Source: Podarcis gaigeae (taxonomy: Eukaryota). From it: a stretch of 64,000 bases of DNA. The position numbers and the translations under genes are program-made. The DNA lies in the NCBI GenBank assembly GCA_964106915.2, contig OZ066914.1. The stretch is one strand, 5' to 3'. The notes beneath the pieces were generated by a model. It was not told the DNA's origin. It ran no database searches and saw only the letters and a list, made by a program, of their open reading frames with translations. Shown here piece by piece: positions 1 through 12,779 of this stretch (the stretch's first letter is position 1; each line of letters starts with the position of its first letter).

Positions 1-226
1 AATATAGACACACCCACTTGTTTCTTTAAGAACTCAAATCCCCTCTTTAAAAAGGAAGTGGTTGGTGTGTGATGATTCCTCCAGTAATGTTCCCTCAGTC
101 TGTAAGGTTTTTACTTGTATAGCTCATGTTTTGTTTGATTGGCATACATTAGCTAACCTGTCAATTCAATTCCATGTTGCTTATGAGTTGTTAAAACATA
201 AGAGAATTTTGATCATCTTTTTCTAG

Positions 227-399
227 TTCCTTCAACTTGAGTGAAGCATTGGCTGTCATAAGTGAAAAGATTTGTGCTGAAGTTAATAGCTGCCTTTCCC
301 AACATGGATTCACACCTTTCACACTTGAGAAGGAGACGGAGCTTAAAGGACAGATCCAGGCTGTGGCCAAGCCTAATAACACTGTGTGCAAACTGATAG
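227..399 (+). CDS. TCP11L1: TCP11L1 penultimate coding exon
   Basis: ttctag| acceptor and |gtatgc donor. Encodes SFNLSEALAVISEKICAEVNSCLSQHGFTPFTLEKETELKGQIQAVAKPNNTVCKLI, matching the TCP11L1 C-terminal region. CSTF3 is its known tail-to-tail neighbour. Confidence 0.93.
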
Positions 400-1284
400 G
401 TATGCTTTGTAGATCAGATGATTGCTTTTTTCCCTGCAATAGTTGTGCATGTCTAAGTCAAACATACATTTGAGGACATGGGTATATCTTATTTTTGTAA
501 AGTGAAGGGGATAGTAATGCTTCAAATGGGTGAATGCACTCGTTTTGAGATGAGAGATTGCATTGGCTGCATGTGCACATCATAAGACTAAGCCAAAAAT
601 CCTGGTTTCAAGAGCCAGGATATGCATGAGCAGTATGCACTTGTAGACAGCCCCTTTCTTGCTGCTTCATTCCTCCCTTTCTTGAGCTGCAAAAGCAAGC
701 CAGGACTGAGCCATAGCTTCTTGTTATATGCATATCCTGAAACTATGACTAATGGCTTCAAAACAAGCCAAGGTATTCAACCAACATTAAACCTTGGTTG
801 AATGACTCTGTCTTGTTTGGAAGCTAAAAACCAGTTTCAAAGTTTTCATGTAATGGGAAACTATGCTTAAGTGCTGGATCCTGTAAAGGGAAGTGGCAGG
901 AGCCTGCAACCACTGCCTAGCATAACCATTAAAAAGCTACTTTGTCAAGGTGTGGAGGTAAAAAACCAGGAAGCAAGGGCTGCTTTTGGAAAATGAAACG
1001 TTTTCTTGAAGTATTACTGAAAAGTGATGTTAGGTTTGAGTTTTCTATCTATGAGTGGTGGTGTTCCTCTTGGAACTGGGAAGCAGAGATACATGGGAAT
1101 GTTTGAAATGAAGGTGAAATGATGCTAAAAGAACTCCAGATTTTGTTCTGTCTGTGATTACGATAAGATGGTTGTATGAAAATAAAAATTAAGCACCATC
1201 ATGGGCCTATTTGATGCGTATTATCAAAAGAGGAATTTGGGATCTTTCAGTAAGTCTTACTAATAATTTACTTCCCTTCTCAAG

Positions 1285-1496
1285 ATTCAAGAATCCAGTC
1301 GTTTCTGGAGAGCTACCTTGCTTCTGGCCATCAGAAATCTCTTCCTGCCATTCCTGGTGGATTAGGCCCTATTCAGAAAGAGCTGGAGGAAATTGCTATC
1401 AAGTACGTTCGCCTTGTTGACTACAACAAGATGGTCTTCAGTCCTTACTATGATGCAGTTCTCAGCAAAATACTGAATGAAGAAGACTCATCTTAG
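1285..1496 (+). CDS. TCP11L1: TCP11L1 last coding exon (to TAG)
   Basis: cccttctcaag| acceptor, phase-compatible with the previous exon. Encodes (D)[69 protein letters not shown]. Confidence 0.95.
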
Positions 1497-4400
1497 CTAT
1501 CTGTGAGCAAAACTGGGAAGATGTCAGACTCATTGGTATGCTGCCCTAAAGACGATAGGGTAGGAGAAGGCTGTTGCACTCATGCTTTCTGTCAGAATGA
1601 TGAGGGTTGGGAAACAGAGGCCTCTTTCAGATCCCAGTTGTTTCTTGGGGATCCCCACAGTCTGTCTTGGTATCCCCTATTCCCCACCACACCCCCTCAA
1701 ACACAGACCAGTTCTGATTAGGAACTTAAGTAAAATTCAACACAGCACAGTTTTATTTAGGCACTTGTGTGTTGGAGGTAGAGTGAGAAGTTGCAAGATT
1801 TAAATGTTCACTTCCCCCTGCTTTCACCCAAGTTTAATAACTGCTCGAAGCCAATGCCAGTCCGCCATTGGACTAGTGCAGAGATGTGCTGCTCCCCTCC
1901 CATCCTGGTCCTTCTGGCTGCTGTGTATGCGAGTGTGCTTCTATACATGGATCACTGTTATTTGGATCAGGGTGGTCAACTGTATGTGTTGCAGAAAGCT
2001 TACAATCCTTGGGCAACAGCTTTGCTGAGAATCTTTCACTAATACGGTAGCAATGGCTGAGTGGCGAGTGGATACATCAGGTGATGTAAAAGGTACATGA
2101 AAACACACCAGTTTAGTACTTAATTCAAAGCAAGTAAGAACTGATGGTGTATTGACTTTTGAAATATGGGCTTGAGGGTAAGACTAAAATGATAGATGTT
2201 CAAATTATCCTATTAGCATGTACATTGATACAAAAGGGGCTAGTAAACTTCTCTTTCTATATTAAGTTTTAAATAGTTCTGAAGATCATCCCAAAAATTG
2301 TAGCAGTAACTTCAGTTTCCAGATACTCAAAACTTGGATATTGGTAGTTAAAGCACTTTATATGCAGTCTGCAACACTCTTAAGTCCTTCTGCTAGCCAG
2401 GTTTCCCCCCCTAAAGTATTTTATTCTGTACCTGCAGATATTCTACCAAAAGCGTATAAAACTATATTTTTGTAGAGTATTTTCTGGTTCTTCTCTACTG
2501 CAGTATTCATATTCTGTAGACTCTATATATTGTTTCTCCTCTTGAAGTGAAAACAAAAAGTCTGATGAGGGAATTTCTTCCTTCTGTATTGCTGGAGGCA
2601 TGAAATGCTAATATAGGTGAGGAAAACTTTGGATATCTGAAAAAGTTGGATAATAGAGTATCCATTTAAGTTCATTCTGGAATTTATCTACATATTATAA
2701 AAGCCTGTGATTTAGGTGAGAAGTTGGGTTAGCTCCTAGTTTAGTAATATAATACTGTGTCCCCAATTCAAGTGTTCTTTGAACATAGTTGTACATTATG
2801 AGCCTACAGCTTAGCATGTGTGCTGGCAGAGATACTGCTGGCACTGATCATGGTGAATTCCTCCCCCCCCCCCCACCCTTTTACCTCATAGAGTAGCCTT
2901 TGGAAGGCCTGATCCAGCAGATAACCCACAGGCAGGAAGTTTCCCTCTGCCCGTCGCATCACCCTTGCTGGACTTGGATGCAATACTTTTATTTGAATGT
3001 TAGAAATAGTGATTTTAAATTTATAGTAGGAAGTGGACTACCTTTAATGTCCCATGGAGTTTATAGAAAACTTTCTGCTAGGTTTTAAAACAAGTGTTTT
3101 CAGGAGTTCATAAACATGTGACTTATTGGATACTTAGGTAGGCTCTCTTGTTAAATGTTTTCTAACATTGAGACATGGATGTGTATGTTGTCACAAATAT
3201 GTGAGGCAAAAATAATTCTGTGAATTGGCTTTTGAAATTGCTTTTGGTTGAAAAGCCACAATGCACAGTATGCTTCCTGAATGTTTGGTAGCTGTTTTAA
3301 TCTTAAAAGGGTACAAAGATAAAAGCCTCTACATTAGTGCTTAAGTGATCTCTCTGAATAATAGAATTGCTGTAAAGCAGACCAGCCCCCACCCATCATT
3401 ATTTGATGAAACTTTCTCTGTTTATGGTTTTTTTTAAAAGAGGTTCTCTTTAACTATTCGGCCCATTGTGTTTGAAATGTGATGCTCGTGATGTCTGGAT
3501 ATACGACAAAGGCATAGGGCTAAAAGGTTTTCCTCTCTGAAAAACTGTGGTTGGCACCTACCTGAAACGTAGATCTATGAAGTTTGAGTGAGTCTGTGAG
3601 GTTGGGTTTTAGGACCCACCAGTGCAGCAAAGGCAAGACAAATGTCTTGGGAATGGGGTGGAGCTCCCAGCATTCCTCAGTCTATGGACTCACCAAGTGG
3701 AAAGCAGGCATTGAAATTCAAATGGTTATGAAATAGAACAGTAACAAGGACAAACATACAATCGTCCCTCTCCAAAAGTAGAACTGCAACAGGAGTAAAT
3801 TTGCCTTGAAAGCAAGGCTTGATAATTACGCAGCCAACCTAATCCCAACAAGGTGATACTTCCAATCAACTCTCAAATTTTATTACACTCATTGAATATG
3901 GGTGTGGCCCTTAACTAGCTCACTCACACTATGGAGACCTGTATTTCAGGCAGGTGCGAATTGCACCCGTAGCGGGAGTGAGCCTGTCTGGTTGGGACAT
4001 AAAATGGCTAACCCCAATTTGGGCAGGACCCTGACAATTAATCTGGGAAGATCTGCTGAAGGACAGCCTCAACCTCAGCTGAGACATGCTTGTCAATTTA
4101 CTATAAAATTGACATACTTTTAAATGACATACTTGTCAATTTTATAGTGTTTGACAAAAGGTTTTTGGGGCTACGCTCGTAGCTGCTTTACAGATATCCT
4201 CTAAAGGAGCATTGGTGGAAAGGCTGCAGCCCTTGTGGAATGCGTTGCCACATTTTTTGGTACTGGAATCTTTTGAATTTTGTATGCAAAGACAATGCAA
4301 GCCTTAGCCCACCTAGCAAGGATGGATGTGGAAACCCTGTGCCCCAGAGAGGGCAGCTGAAAGGACACAAAAAGGGAATCTGTCTGCCTCAAATCTCTCT

Positions 4401-5536
4401 GCAGTAAAGAGGGATGCTTCTTACTGCAGGTCTTTCCCTCTTCTGCCTCCTTGCCTGTTCAAATATGATTTGACTGTAGCATTGTCTATGCACAAAATGA
4501 TGTGAAAAAGGCAAAACTGAGGGGAGATGTGCTGAATCACTAGGTAGACTGCTGTGAGTTTGAGCTAGTTGACACCCCCCACCCCAAAACAGGCTACCTT
4601 CACAGGAGACCACAGGGCCTGAATTGAAAGATGTTGACAGAGACCCAGCCCAGCAGGATGTCATCCAATGTGATGATGGCTTGAGTTGGATCTTCCAAGG
4701 GGTGTGCCTTTACGTAAGTTGTGGCTATTTGTCCGCCAGCATGTGGCCAGGCAGAGATGATGTGGAATTGTGATGTGATGCTGTCTTCCTGCTGTCACCA
4801 GTCACTGGTGAGTGCTTCTAAGGCAGTAGCACCCACTGTGATGGCTTGGCATGGAGCTTTGCCCAAGGTGGTGCTTGTGATACTGATATGCACACCCAAA
4901 GGCATGGGACAGCTGCGTAATGACCACTTTTTTTGCTGTTAAGTGACTTCTGGTGGCTGCTTTAATTCAGATTACTCTGTCCAGTGCTGAGGGGATAAAC
5001 CCTCTTACTGTGTCCAGAAGTGTGCCTAGATGAACCAGTTGTTTTTTGGAGCTCAGGTGCACAGGGTGAAATCTAGGCATGTCTCAGTGGCATCTCCAAA
5101 TTGTGCTTGACCATCTTTCAGGTGTAAAGTGTGGCAGAGTAGATTAGCAACAGGAAGGTACTTTCAGCAGTTCTGTAATGTCAAGTTGTAGAACATAAAA
5201 CTTGTTAGCCAAAACAAGCATATTTTTTGTACTTCAGCAGAGAGTTCCACTCATCCTTGGTCACAGATGTAAATGGAGCAGGAACTGGACTATATCTAGT
5301 CACTGGCTTTGGGTCAGGTAACTTGGTCACACCTGTGAGAGGTGCAGACAGCTCTTCAACTAGATTTATCATTATCATTGTTTATTTGTATGCTGCCTAT
5401 CCATAGTTAAAACCATTCTCAAAGCAGTTTACATGAAAATAATTACATAACTGCAAACATAACAAAAGTAGCCATGAGTGATAAATAAAATGTACACAAC
5501 ATGATCAAAAGATACAAAAAAAATATAAAATCAGTA

Positions 5537-5767
5537 CAGTGGTACCTCGGGTTACAGACGCTTCAGGTTACATACGCTTCAGGTTACAGTCTCCTCTAAC
5601 CCAGAAATAGTACCTCGGGTTAAGAACTTTGATTCAGGATGAGAACAGAAATTGTGCGGCGGCAGCGGGAGGCCCCATTAGCTAAACTAGTACCTCAAGT
5701 TAAGAACTGTTTCAGGTTAAGAACCGACCTCTGGATCGAATCAAGTTCTTAACCAGAGGTACCACTG
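5537..5767. mobile_element. Tc1/mariner (Tigger-like) MITE
   Basis: TIRs CAGTGGTACCTC...GAGGTACCACTG flanked by TA TSDs; inserted into the DIRS remnant. Confidence 0.9.
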
Positions 5768-6453
5768 TATCAAAAACAGCAAAATCAATATCTCAAAAAT
5801 TAAATCTTGACCCCCCCCCAACAAAAAATCCTGAACCCCACGACAAGAATTTGTAAGTATCCTGAGTAGCAGGTCTTCCAAGACTCACAGTCAAGATGGT
5901 CCTCAAGCAAGGAGGGAAGCCATTACCACCCCACCTCCTGGTCCAAGGCCCTTAATCCATTGTTTACCCCAGGCTGCCTGACTCAAGTTCCTCAGAATAT
6001 TCACAGCAGCTTCCCTCACTTCTTATAGCTGCAGTGCCATGCAGCCCAGCTGCATCAAATGGGCCTTGACAGGTCAGCATTTTGGCCTTGCAGATCCAGA
6101 AATGGGTGAACCTCTCTGCCTCCGGGATGTGGGAAAGCGAAGCCAGGGGCTATTCTAAAGGAACCCCCTCTTCTGTCAGCTTTTGACATTCTGCCAAGGT
6201 GCTGCCAATCTTCTGCGCACCCTGAGCTGCTTTGTGTCCTCCATGGAACACCAGAAGGAGCAGTCCAGGGCCTGCTTCCCCTTTGGCAGCTGCTTTTTTA
6301 TTGGGAAGGTCAACAGGGGCCACTTCCTGCATTTCCCTTGGGATGCAAACCATTGCTCCAGGAGACAAAGATGGCGACTGGGGATGAGAGACAAATGGCA
6401 CTCACCATAAATGCCCCAAACACTTATGAAAGCAATCAAATGCTTGGTCAGGT

Positions 6454-6521
<68 letters not shown>
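6454..6521. repeat. (AGCC)17 microsatellite
   Basis: Perfect tetranucleotide run; explains the spurious (AGWL)n and (QPAS)n ORFs. Confidence 0.97.
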
Positions 6522-6522
<1 letters not shown>

Positions 6523-7670
6523 CTCTCTGTCTCTCTTAGGACAAGAAAAAGAGAATGAAAACAACAAACAAGCCTGAAGAAAGTCAGAATAGAAGGACAT
6601 AGAAGCAGAAAGCAAAGACATGTACAGCTTGCAGTAAAGGCAGGACAGATTAAGGAATGCCTAGATCTCCTCCTCCTTCCCAAGGTGTTTGTCACACTGG
6701 TGAGGCCTAAACCTGGCGCAGCTCACTCCAACTCAGGAGATAGATGAGTAGATAAGATACCCTGGGCTACCACAAAGGATCAAATCAGTGTTCTTCACAT
6801 GGAACAACATTGACCACAACCCAACAAAAAACAGTCATCTCTCCCATTGATATAGACTTTACTGTGCTTAACTTTGGCTGGGTTGTACCTCTCGGGTCTA
6901 GAACTGCCAAAGTAAAATAATTATTCCTCGGTTATATTAGTCAAATTGTTCCTTTAGGCTTAGCTTCCTACACATCTGACCATTTAAAGAAAAAAGTGCT
7001 GCTTGATAATTTGCAACAATAAGTTGGAAAGGGGTGGGGATGGTAAAGGTGGAAATTCAGTATTCTAATATTGTCTGACTTGTATTTCCTTGAAGCTGTT
7101 AATGTGATATTGTTACTATTTTTTCTTATGTGTTTTATGTTGCTGCTGTTTACTTCATCTATGCACCACTAATGTGAGACTGTAACTCATCTGTGATAAA
7201 TTTTTGTGTGTACTTTACATGTTGCAGTTACAGATAAACAGCGATTGCCCACCATTCTTCTTTCGGGTCTGTATGCAGTTTTTGCTCCTTTCATTACTTG
7301 TTGCAGGCAAGTATTTTATCTTTTTAATTTCCCCTTAATATCTATGTATGTGTTCAAGTCCTGGAAGAAAGAGCTATAGCTTAAAGTGCAATTCTACAAG
7401 AACTGCTGGTATGCGGAGCAGTGGATGGGTTGGTGGGACTGCAGCGCTCACCTTCTATTGCAGTGCGGCTGCATACTGGTACAAAGAGACTTGAGAGGAC
7501 AGTGAGATAAGAGAGACCTCTGCCATGTCCCTCTGTCCTGGTATACAGCAGGTGAGTGATGTGGACTCCCCCATGCCATCTGTTACTGTGTATGCGTTAT
7601 TGCCATTGAGTTATTTTAGCTAGTAGATTACTCGAGAAGCAGTGCCACTTGCCACATAAGGCGGTGGTTA

Positions 7671-7885
7671 CAGTGGTACCTCGGGTTACAAACACTTCGG
7701 GTTACAAACTCTGCTAACCCGGAAGTAGTACCTCAGGTTGAGAACTTTGCCCCAGAATGAAAACGGCGGTGGCATGGTGTCAGTGGGAGGCCCCATTAGC
7801 AAAAGCGCGCCTCAGGTTAAGAACGGTTTCGGGTTAAGGACGGACCTCCAGAACAAATTAAGTTTGCAACCCTGAGGTACCACTG
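7671..7885. mobile_element. Tc1/mariner MITE, same family as 5537-5767
   Basis: CAGTGGTACCTC TIRs, TA TSD, shared internal ggaggccccattagc. Confidence 0.9.
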
Positions 7886-9214
7886 TATTTGTAACCTCAA
7901 GAGCAGACCTGTGTGTTGGCTATTACTGGCCCCTGGATGTCTAAGGACCTGTAGGATGGGTAGCGTTCAGTTTGAATGTGGCTGGATACTGCACATGACC
8001 TTGCAATAATCCCCAGTAAATGTATCCCCATAATTTCATCCCATTTCTGCATTAATTACACTTTTAGAAATTCCAGCATAAAATTGCATTTAAATATATT
8101 TTAATACTTCTTTTGAGAAGGTAAGAAGCTGGTGGATAACTAAGCTTCAGAACGTACCTTAGTCTGAGTTCATTCAGATCAGTTGAGGTCCAGCTGGAAT
8201 TTGTAAAAATCAACTGCTTGCAGCATTCCGAATGCAGCGGTTTGTCTCAGGGTGTTAATTGCCACGCGGTAGAATTAAACCGGTTCTTGCTGACATGGTT
8301 GTCTGGATTACAACCATTCTCCCCAAGACAGTTTTTAAAAATGTAGAAGGCTTTGGGTACCTTGCTAGAAAGGCAGTATATTCCCAGTTTGGAAGAACAT
8401 TTAGGAGGTCCACTGTAGCTGAATCTCAACAACCGTGAGTGCTTTGTTTCAACAATATTGCTTCTTAGGAGTAATATCACTGTTGCCATGTTTTTAAAAA
8501 TGGCCAAGGCTTCAAAAACAAGGAAATTGGTCCACAGACAAATGAAATAACAATTTACCTAATTGTTTCTTTTTTGTTTATTGTAGACTGCACTGAAAAT
8601 TTTATTTAAGACCAGTATAAAAAATAGCCTTTTAGAAGGAGGCAAACCCATATACTGCATTTTAATTCATGGAAGCTACCCAAGGAAAGCATATAATAAA
8701 ATTTGCCATGACTACAGTGCTGTCATGAAGGCTCAGCTCTTAGCTGAATCAGATGTAAAGAGGGCTCTTGCTGCAGAACAGCCACTACTAATATTTATAA
8801 CATTAAATGACATTCCTGGACATTTGCTTTTAGTCTGTCATGTATGTTCAGATACGAATTTTCTGAATAATAAATTGCACTGTAATAATAAAGCTGTTAG
8901 AAGGCCAGCTGCGAGGGGTACGCCAGTATCCAGAAGGAAGCCCCAGCAAAGCAACTGTACCCAGATTGTCAGAGGCTGTCTGGTACATCTTGGGCAAGTT
9001 CTGCCAGTGGTGTGGGGAATTTTGGGTTCCCTTGTTCCTTTGCCTTCTCCACAGGAGGAATCCTGGAGCTTGGTGTACTTAACTCCCCACCACCACTGCC
9101 TACAATGGGAGGGGGAAGGAAAGACAAACTGCAAACAAAAAGGTAGGAAAGAGCTGTCACCCCTCTCTATGCTAGAAATAAAGTGGTATGAGGCATGACG
9201 TTATGGAGAGATCC

Positions 9215-9220
9215 TTTATT
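9215..9220 (-). terminator. CSTF3: Probable CSTF3 terminal poly(A) signal
   Basis: First AATAAA I could find on the - strand downstream of the stop (~500 nt), followed by U-rich sequence. Confidence 0.6.
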
Positions 9221-9717
9221 GGAAAGGAATGTTCTTCCATTTTAAACTACAAAAAACAGTTTCCATTCATTCTGCCATAAATAAAAACAAAGAATAAGGC
9301 AGGACAGACACTAAATGAGCAAACTGAGAACAACTTCGTTTTCCAGAGGTGTGAATTTAAAATATTTCACAATTTTTTATGCTATCCAGTTTTTAAAATA
9401 AAACTGTCAGGACCCCTGCAAGATTTCAAGTGGTAAGGATGGGGATACACATGTGAAGAGCAACCAAATGCAATTCAGACATTCTGCACAAATTGTGTTC
9501 AAAACCTGGAGCTCAAATTTGCTTGTTGTAAAATTCACCTGCCCTTTTCTTTTCTGATGAAGAATCAGCTGGTAAAAAAGAGGCACCACAGTAATAAAAC
9601 AACCTCAGTTGCAAGATGCTTGTTAGAAACTTCAATCCCTTTTAAACATTTGATTTTGTAGAAGGAAAACAATTGTTACAAGTCCTTTAGTCTTCATCAT
9701 TGCGACTGCAACATGTC

Positions 9718-9920
9718 TCATCGGATTCGCTTTTGCTGTCGTGCTCTGTAAATGTCGTGAATTGGAGGAACCACTGATCCTTTTTCTTCATCGTCATCTG
9801 AATCTTCATTTGGTCTTTTTACAGATTTATTAAGAAGGGCATTATTTTCCAAAGGTCCATTCCCTTCCACTGTTAAGTCTGGCAGTCCCCCAGTAATGAT
9901 TCGCACAGCTTCATCCACAG
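9718..9920 (-). CDS. CSTF3: CSTF3 exon 21 (coding part, to TGA)
   Basis: ctgttccaaag| acceptor; encodes (T)[11 protein letters not shown]...[13 protein letters not shown]. Confidence 0.97.
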
Positions 9921-10519
9921 CTTTGGAACAGGGAAGAGAAATAGTTGTTGTTAGAATTATGTGGGCTGAAGAATTATGACAGTGCCCACCATTATATGCT
10001 TCATTAATTTTATTATTTGTTTGTGCATTAAATTGTCCATACTAGCCTTGCATTTAATAACTCACAGGGCAATTAAAAAATGTTTAGCAGGAAACAGATG
10101 AGAATGGCTTTTGGAAAATATTTCATTTTGAAATTCTTGTTTCAAATAAGATCACAGAAGAACAAGCCACTGGTGTGCTTTCAAAAAGTATACTCAAATT
10201 ATGCAAGTGTCATGTTTTTCAAGTACAGCTCTTTACAAAGGCCAAGTACCGATGTAATCTTTTAATATTAGAACTAGAGCAACATCCTCTAGCAAACCAA
10301 TTAGGTTATGAAATGATATTCCACTGGGGGATTGAATATTGAGGGTTTACATTAGATTTTGTGTTGATGAAGAGCTATACTTGAAACACACACATTTGAT
10401 ATACCTTTGATAATAGTTGTGGTATATAATTATCTGCTATAGCTCTTGCTTGCTGATTTATTCAAAGTATGCCCATCTCTTTGACATTACACACTGAAGC
10501 TCAAAGGCACATCTAAAGG

Positions 10520-10656
10520 CAGTGCTTTTTTTCTTTAAAAAAAAAAGTTTAGGGGTACTTTCATTTTCCTACTCATATTGATATACTGCCCCTCAGTGAG
10601 GCCAGACTTAGATTCACAAAATGTTTAGGGGTATGCATCCCCCCGGAAAAAAGCAG
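10520..10656. mobile_element. hAT-type MITE
   Basis: cagtgctttttt / aaaaaagcag termini with perfect 8-bp TSD TCTAAAGG. Confidence 0.8.
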
Positions 10657-11285
10657 TCTAAAGGGATAGCTGACTTGCATCAAGAAGTTGCATGTGTGTC
10701 CATTTTGTGTTGACAAATGTGGGCCTCAACTTCAAATTGTAGTATTCACCCTGCAGCAGGTGCCAACCATGCAGAAACACATTTGCTACTGAAAATGCGA
10801 AGTGGCTATTGTTGAAAATGAATAAAAAAACAGCACAGTTAACAAAACTGAGTGTTGAATTAATTCTGTTGATTTCAACAAGAGAATATTCCTGTGTCAT
10901 TATGGGTGCAAAATCCTACTTTGATCTTTTATGGGGTGGTTGTTAGAACCATATAGCCAGCAAGTCACACATGTATTTAAAAAAGCATGGCTTTGTAATT
11001 TCAACTTCCATCTTACAGCCACTTCCTTTTGCTTCTGTGGACTTCAAGACAGAGTTCTCTATTAACAGTAGTTACAGAAGCCGCTAAATATTTACTCACT
11101 GTCCTGAAAATAAGAAAAAAATATTATTTTGGCTAATTTGAGTACACACATACAGCAATGTCATTAACCTTAAATAGTGTGATTGTCAATACCTCAAATA
11201 GCCAGCCCCAAGACATCAGAGTTTAAGTGAAGTAGTACAGTCTAGTGATGCAACCATGCATTTAAAAAGGACAAAAGCAACTTAC

Positions 11286-11346
11286 TGTCTGGGAGCTTGC
11301 ATCTCCTGATAATCTCCATGACTTCATCCACTTGCACAAAGGGGCC
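11286..11346 (-). CDS. CSTF3: CSTF3 exon 20
   Basis: 61 nt, GPFVQVDEVMEIIRRCKLPD, AG/GT bounded. Confidence 0.97.
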
Positions 11347-11493
11347 CTGCAAGAGAAAAAAAGATGGACCATTTAACAGGAAATGCTATGGTAAAAACCA
11401 GTGAGACAAAAGAAAATGAAATGTTTAATGCATTGAAGCAAAACACAACCAGATTGCAAAGTCATTAAAACATTTCAGGATCTCATGACCAAC

Positions 11494-11588
11494 CTGAAAA
11501 CACACGGGAGGTGGGAGAAGCTTCATTAGAACTACAGCAGCAGGCGGGACTGGAAAGACACCACCAGGGACTGGATGCAAACCTGGAG
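11494..11588 (-). CDS. CSTF3: CSTF3 exon 19
   Basis: 95 nt, [31 protein letters not shown]; weak GTTGGT donor. Confidence 0.97.
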
Positions 11589-11903
11589 CTAGTAAATAAT
11601 AAAATAAAACACATTTAAGTCTTCATGGCTCTTACAGCTAAGGAGAATCAACTACATGCTGATGGGAGTTCCTTTGGTTGATGTAACTGACCTTACAAGC
11701 ACTATACAAGAACAAACAAAAACCTCAAACTTTTGTTTATTGTACTTTGATTCCAATTTAGCAGAGAATTGGAAGGGTATAAAACATTCTAGTTGTGTCC
11801 CCAAATGAGAATGAACTGAATGAATTGAAGTTTTTTAAAGAAACAGCCAATCAGAATAAGGTAGACTTCTATTTCACATTTACATGACTCGATATTAGCT
11901 TAC

Positions 11904-12057
11904 GTGCTAAATGTCTTGGCTGAAATGGAATCATCTGCTGGGTATCTGGTTTTGGATACTCTGGTTTTCTGTCCGCTTCATCTTTTAGCACAGGCACTAT
12001 TGAAGGAGCCACAACAGGATCTGGAATTATGGTTGACAGCTTTGCCCGAGACACATC
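11904..12057 (-). CDS. CSTF3: CSTF3 exon 18
   Basis: 154 nt, [14 protein letters not shown]...QPRHLA. Confidence 0.97.
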
Positions 12058-12779
12058 CTGGAAGTTCATAGCATGAGAAGAAGCATAAATAGTGTGAGAG
12101 CAGCTCTGCTGGATCAATCCAAAGGCTGATCTATAGTCCAGCATATTGTTTATCGTGTGACCAACTGAGTGCCTATGGGAAGCTCACAAGCAGGAGGGGA
12201 TCCCATAATGCTCAACATAGACTGGTCCAGAGTAGCATTTCTGTTTGCATAAAGCAACAATGGACACCAGACCAAACCCTGCCCAATTTTATGGAAGAGA
12301 AGTTTTCTGTCTGCTCATAATTTTAAAATTTATCAACCGCCTTTGTAATAAAAGAATTATTTACAATAAACAATGCAAAATATTAAAAATACAGGCAATG
12401 CATTATTAAATTCCAATATACAGAATCAAAAACTTGAAACATAACAGATAGAGCAAGAAACTAGCTCCATATTGATTTAGGAACTTGGCTAGGAAACTGT
12501 AAGATCAATGCACCAGCACTTCATATGTAAAGATGCAGGCAGGCAACTGATAATCAGCTAAGAGTATTTTAAGCTGGGATCACATGGGAAGTATGTGGTC
12601 AGTGATACTTTTTATCACTGGCAGCAGTCTAGAACCTGAATGGAGTAAAACTTGGAATGGATTTAATGCTGGCTTTTTAACATCTTCTGTTGAGCTAGAC
12701 TTCACCTTACAGGTACCACATGGAGGTGGTTTAAATTGTTCCTCACAAGCACTGCTATAAAGTGTTAAACCATATACTT

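Larger units (their letters stand above)
3640..6850 (-). mobile_element. Decayed DIRS-type tyrosine-recombinase retrotransposon
   Basis: YR motif LARWAKACIVFAYKIQKIPVPKNVATHSTRAAA (4201-4392), RNase H-like IITLDDILLGW (~4645-4680), NLRKGTPL and RT-like QLVHLGTLLDT (~5010-5040). A gag-like region with aagatggcg lies at ~6000-6400. Boundaries approximate. Confidence 0.75.

Noticed and set aside
6176-6695. ORFs with (AGWL)n or (QPAS)n repeats
   Set aside because: Translations of the (AGCC)n microsatellite and the DIRS remnant.
8725-9198. 157-aa + strand ORF
   Set aside because: No recognisable homology or splice structure; lies in the 3'-end zone of CSTF3.
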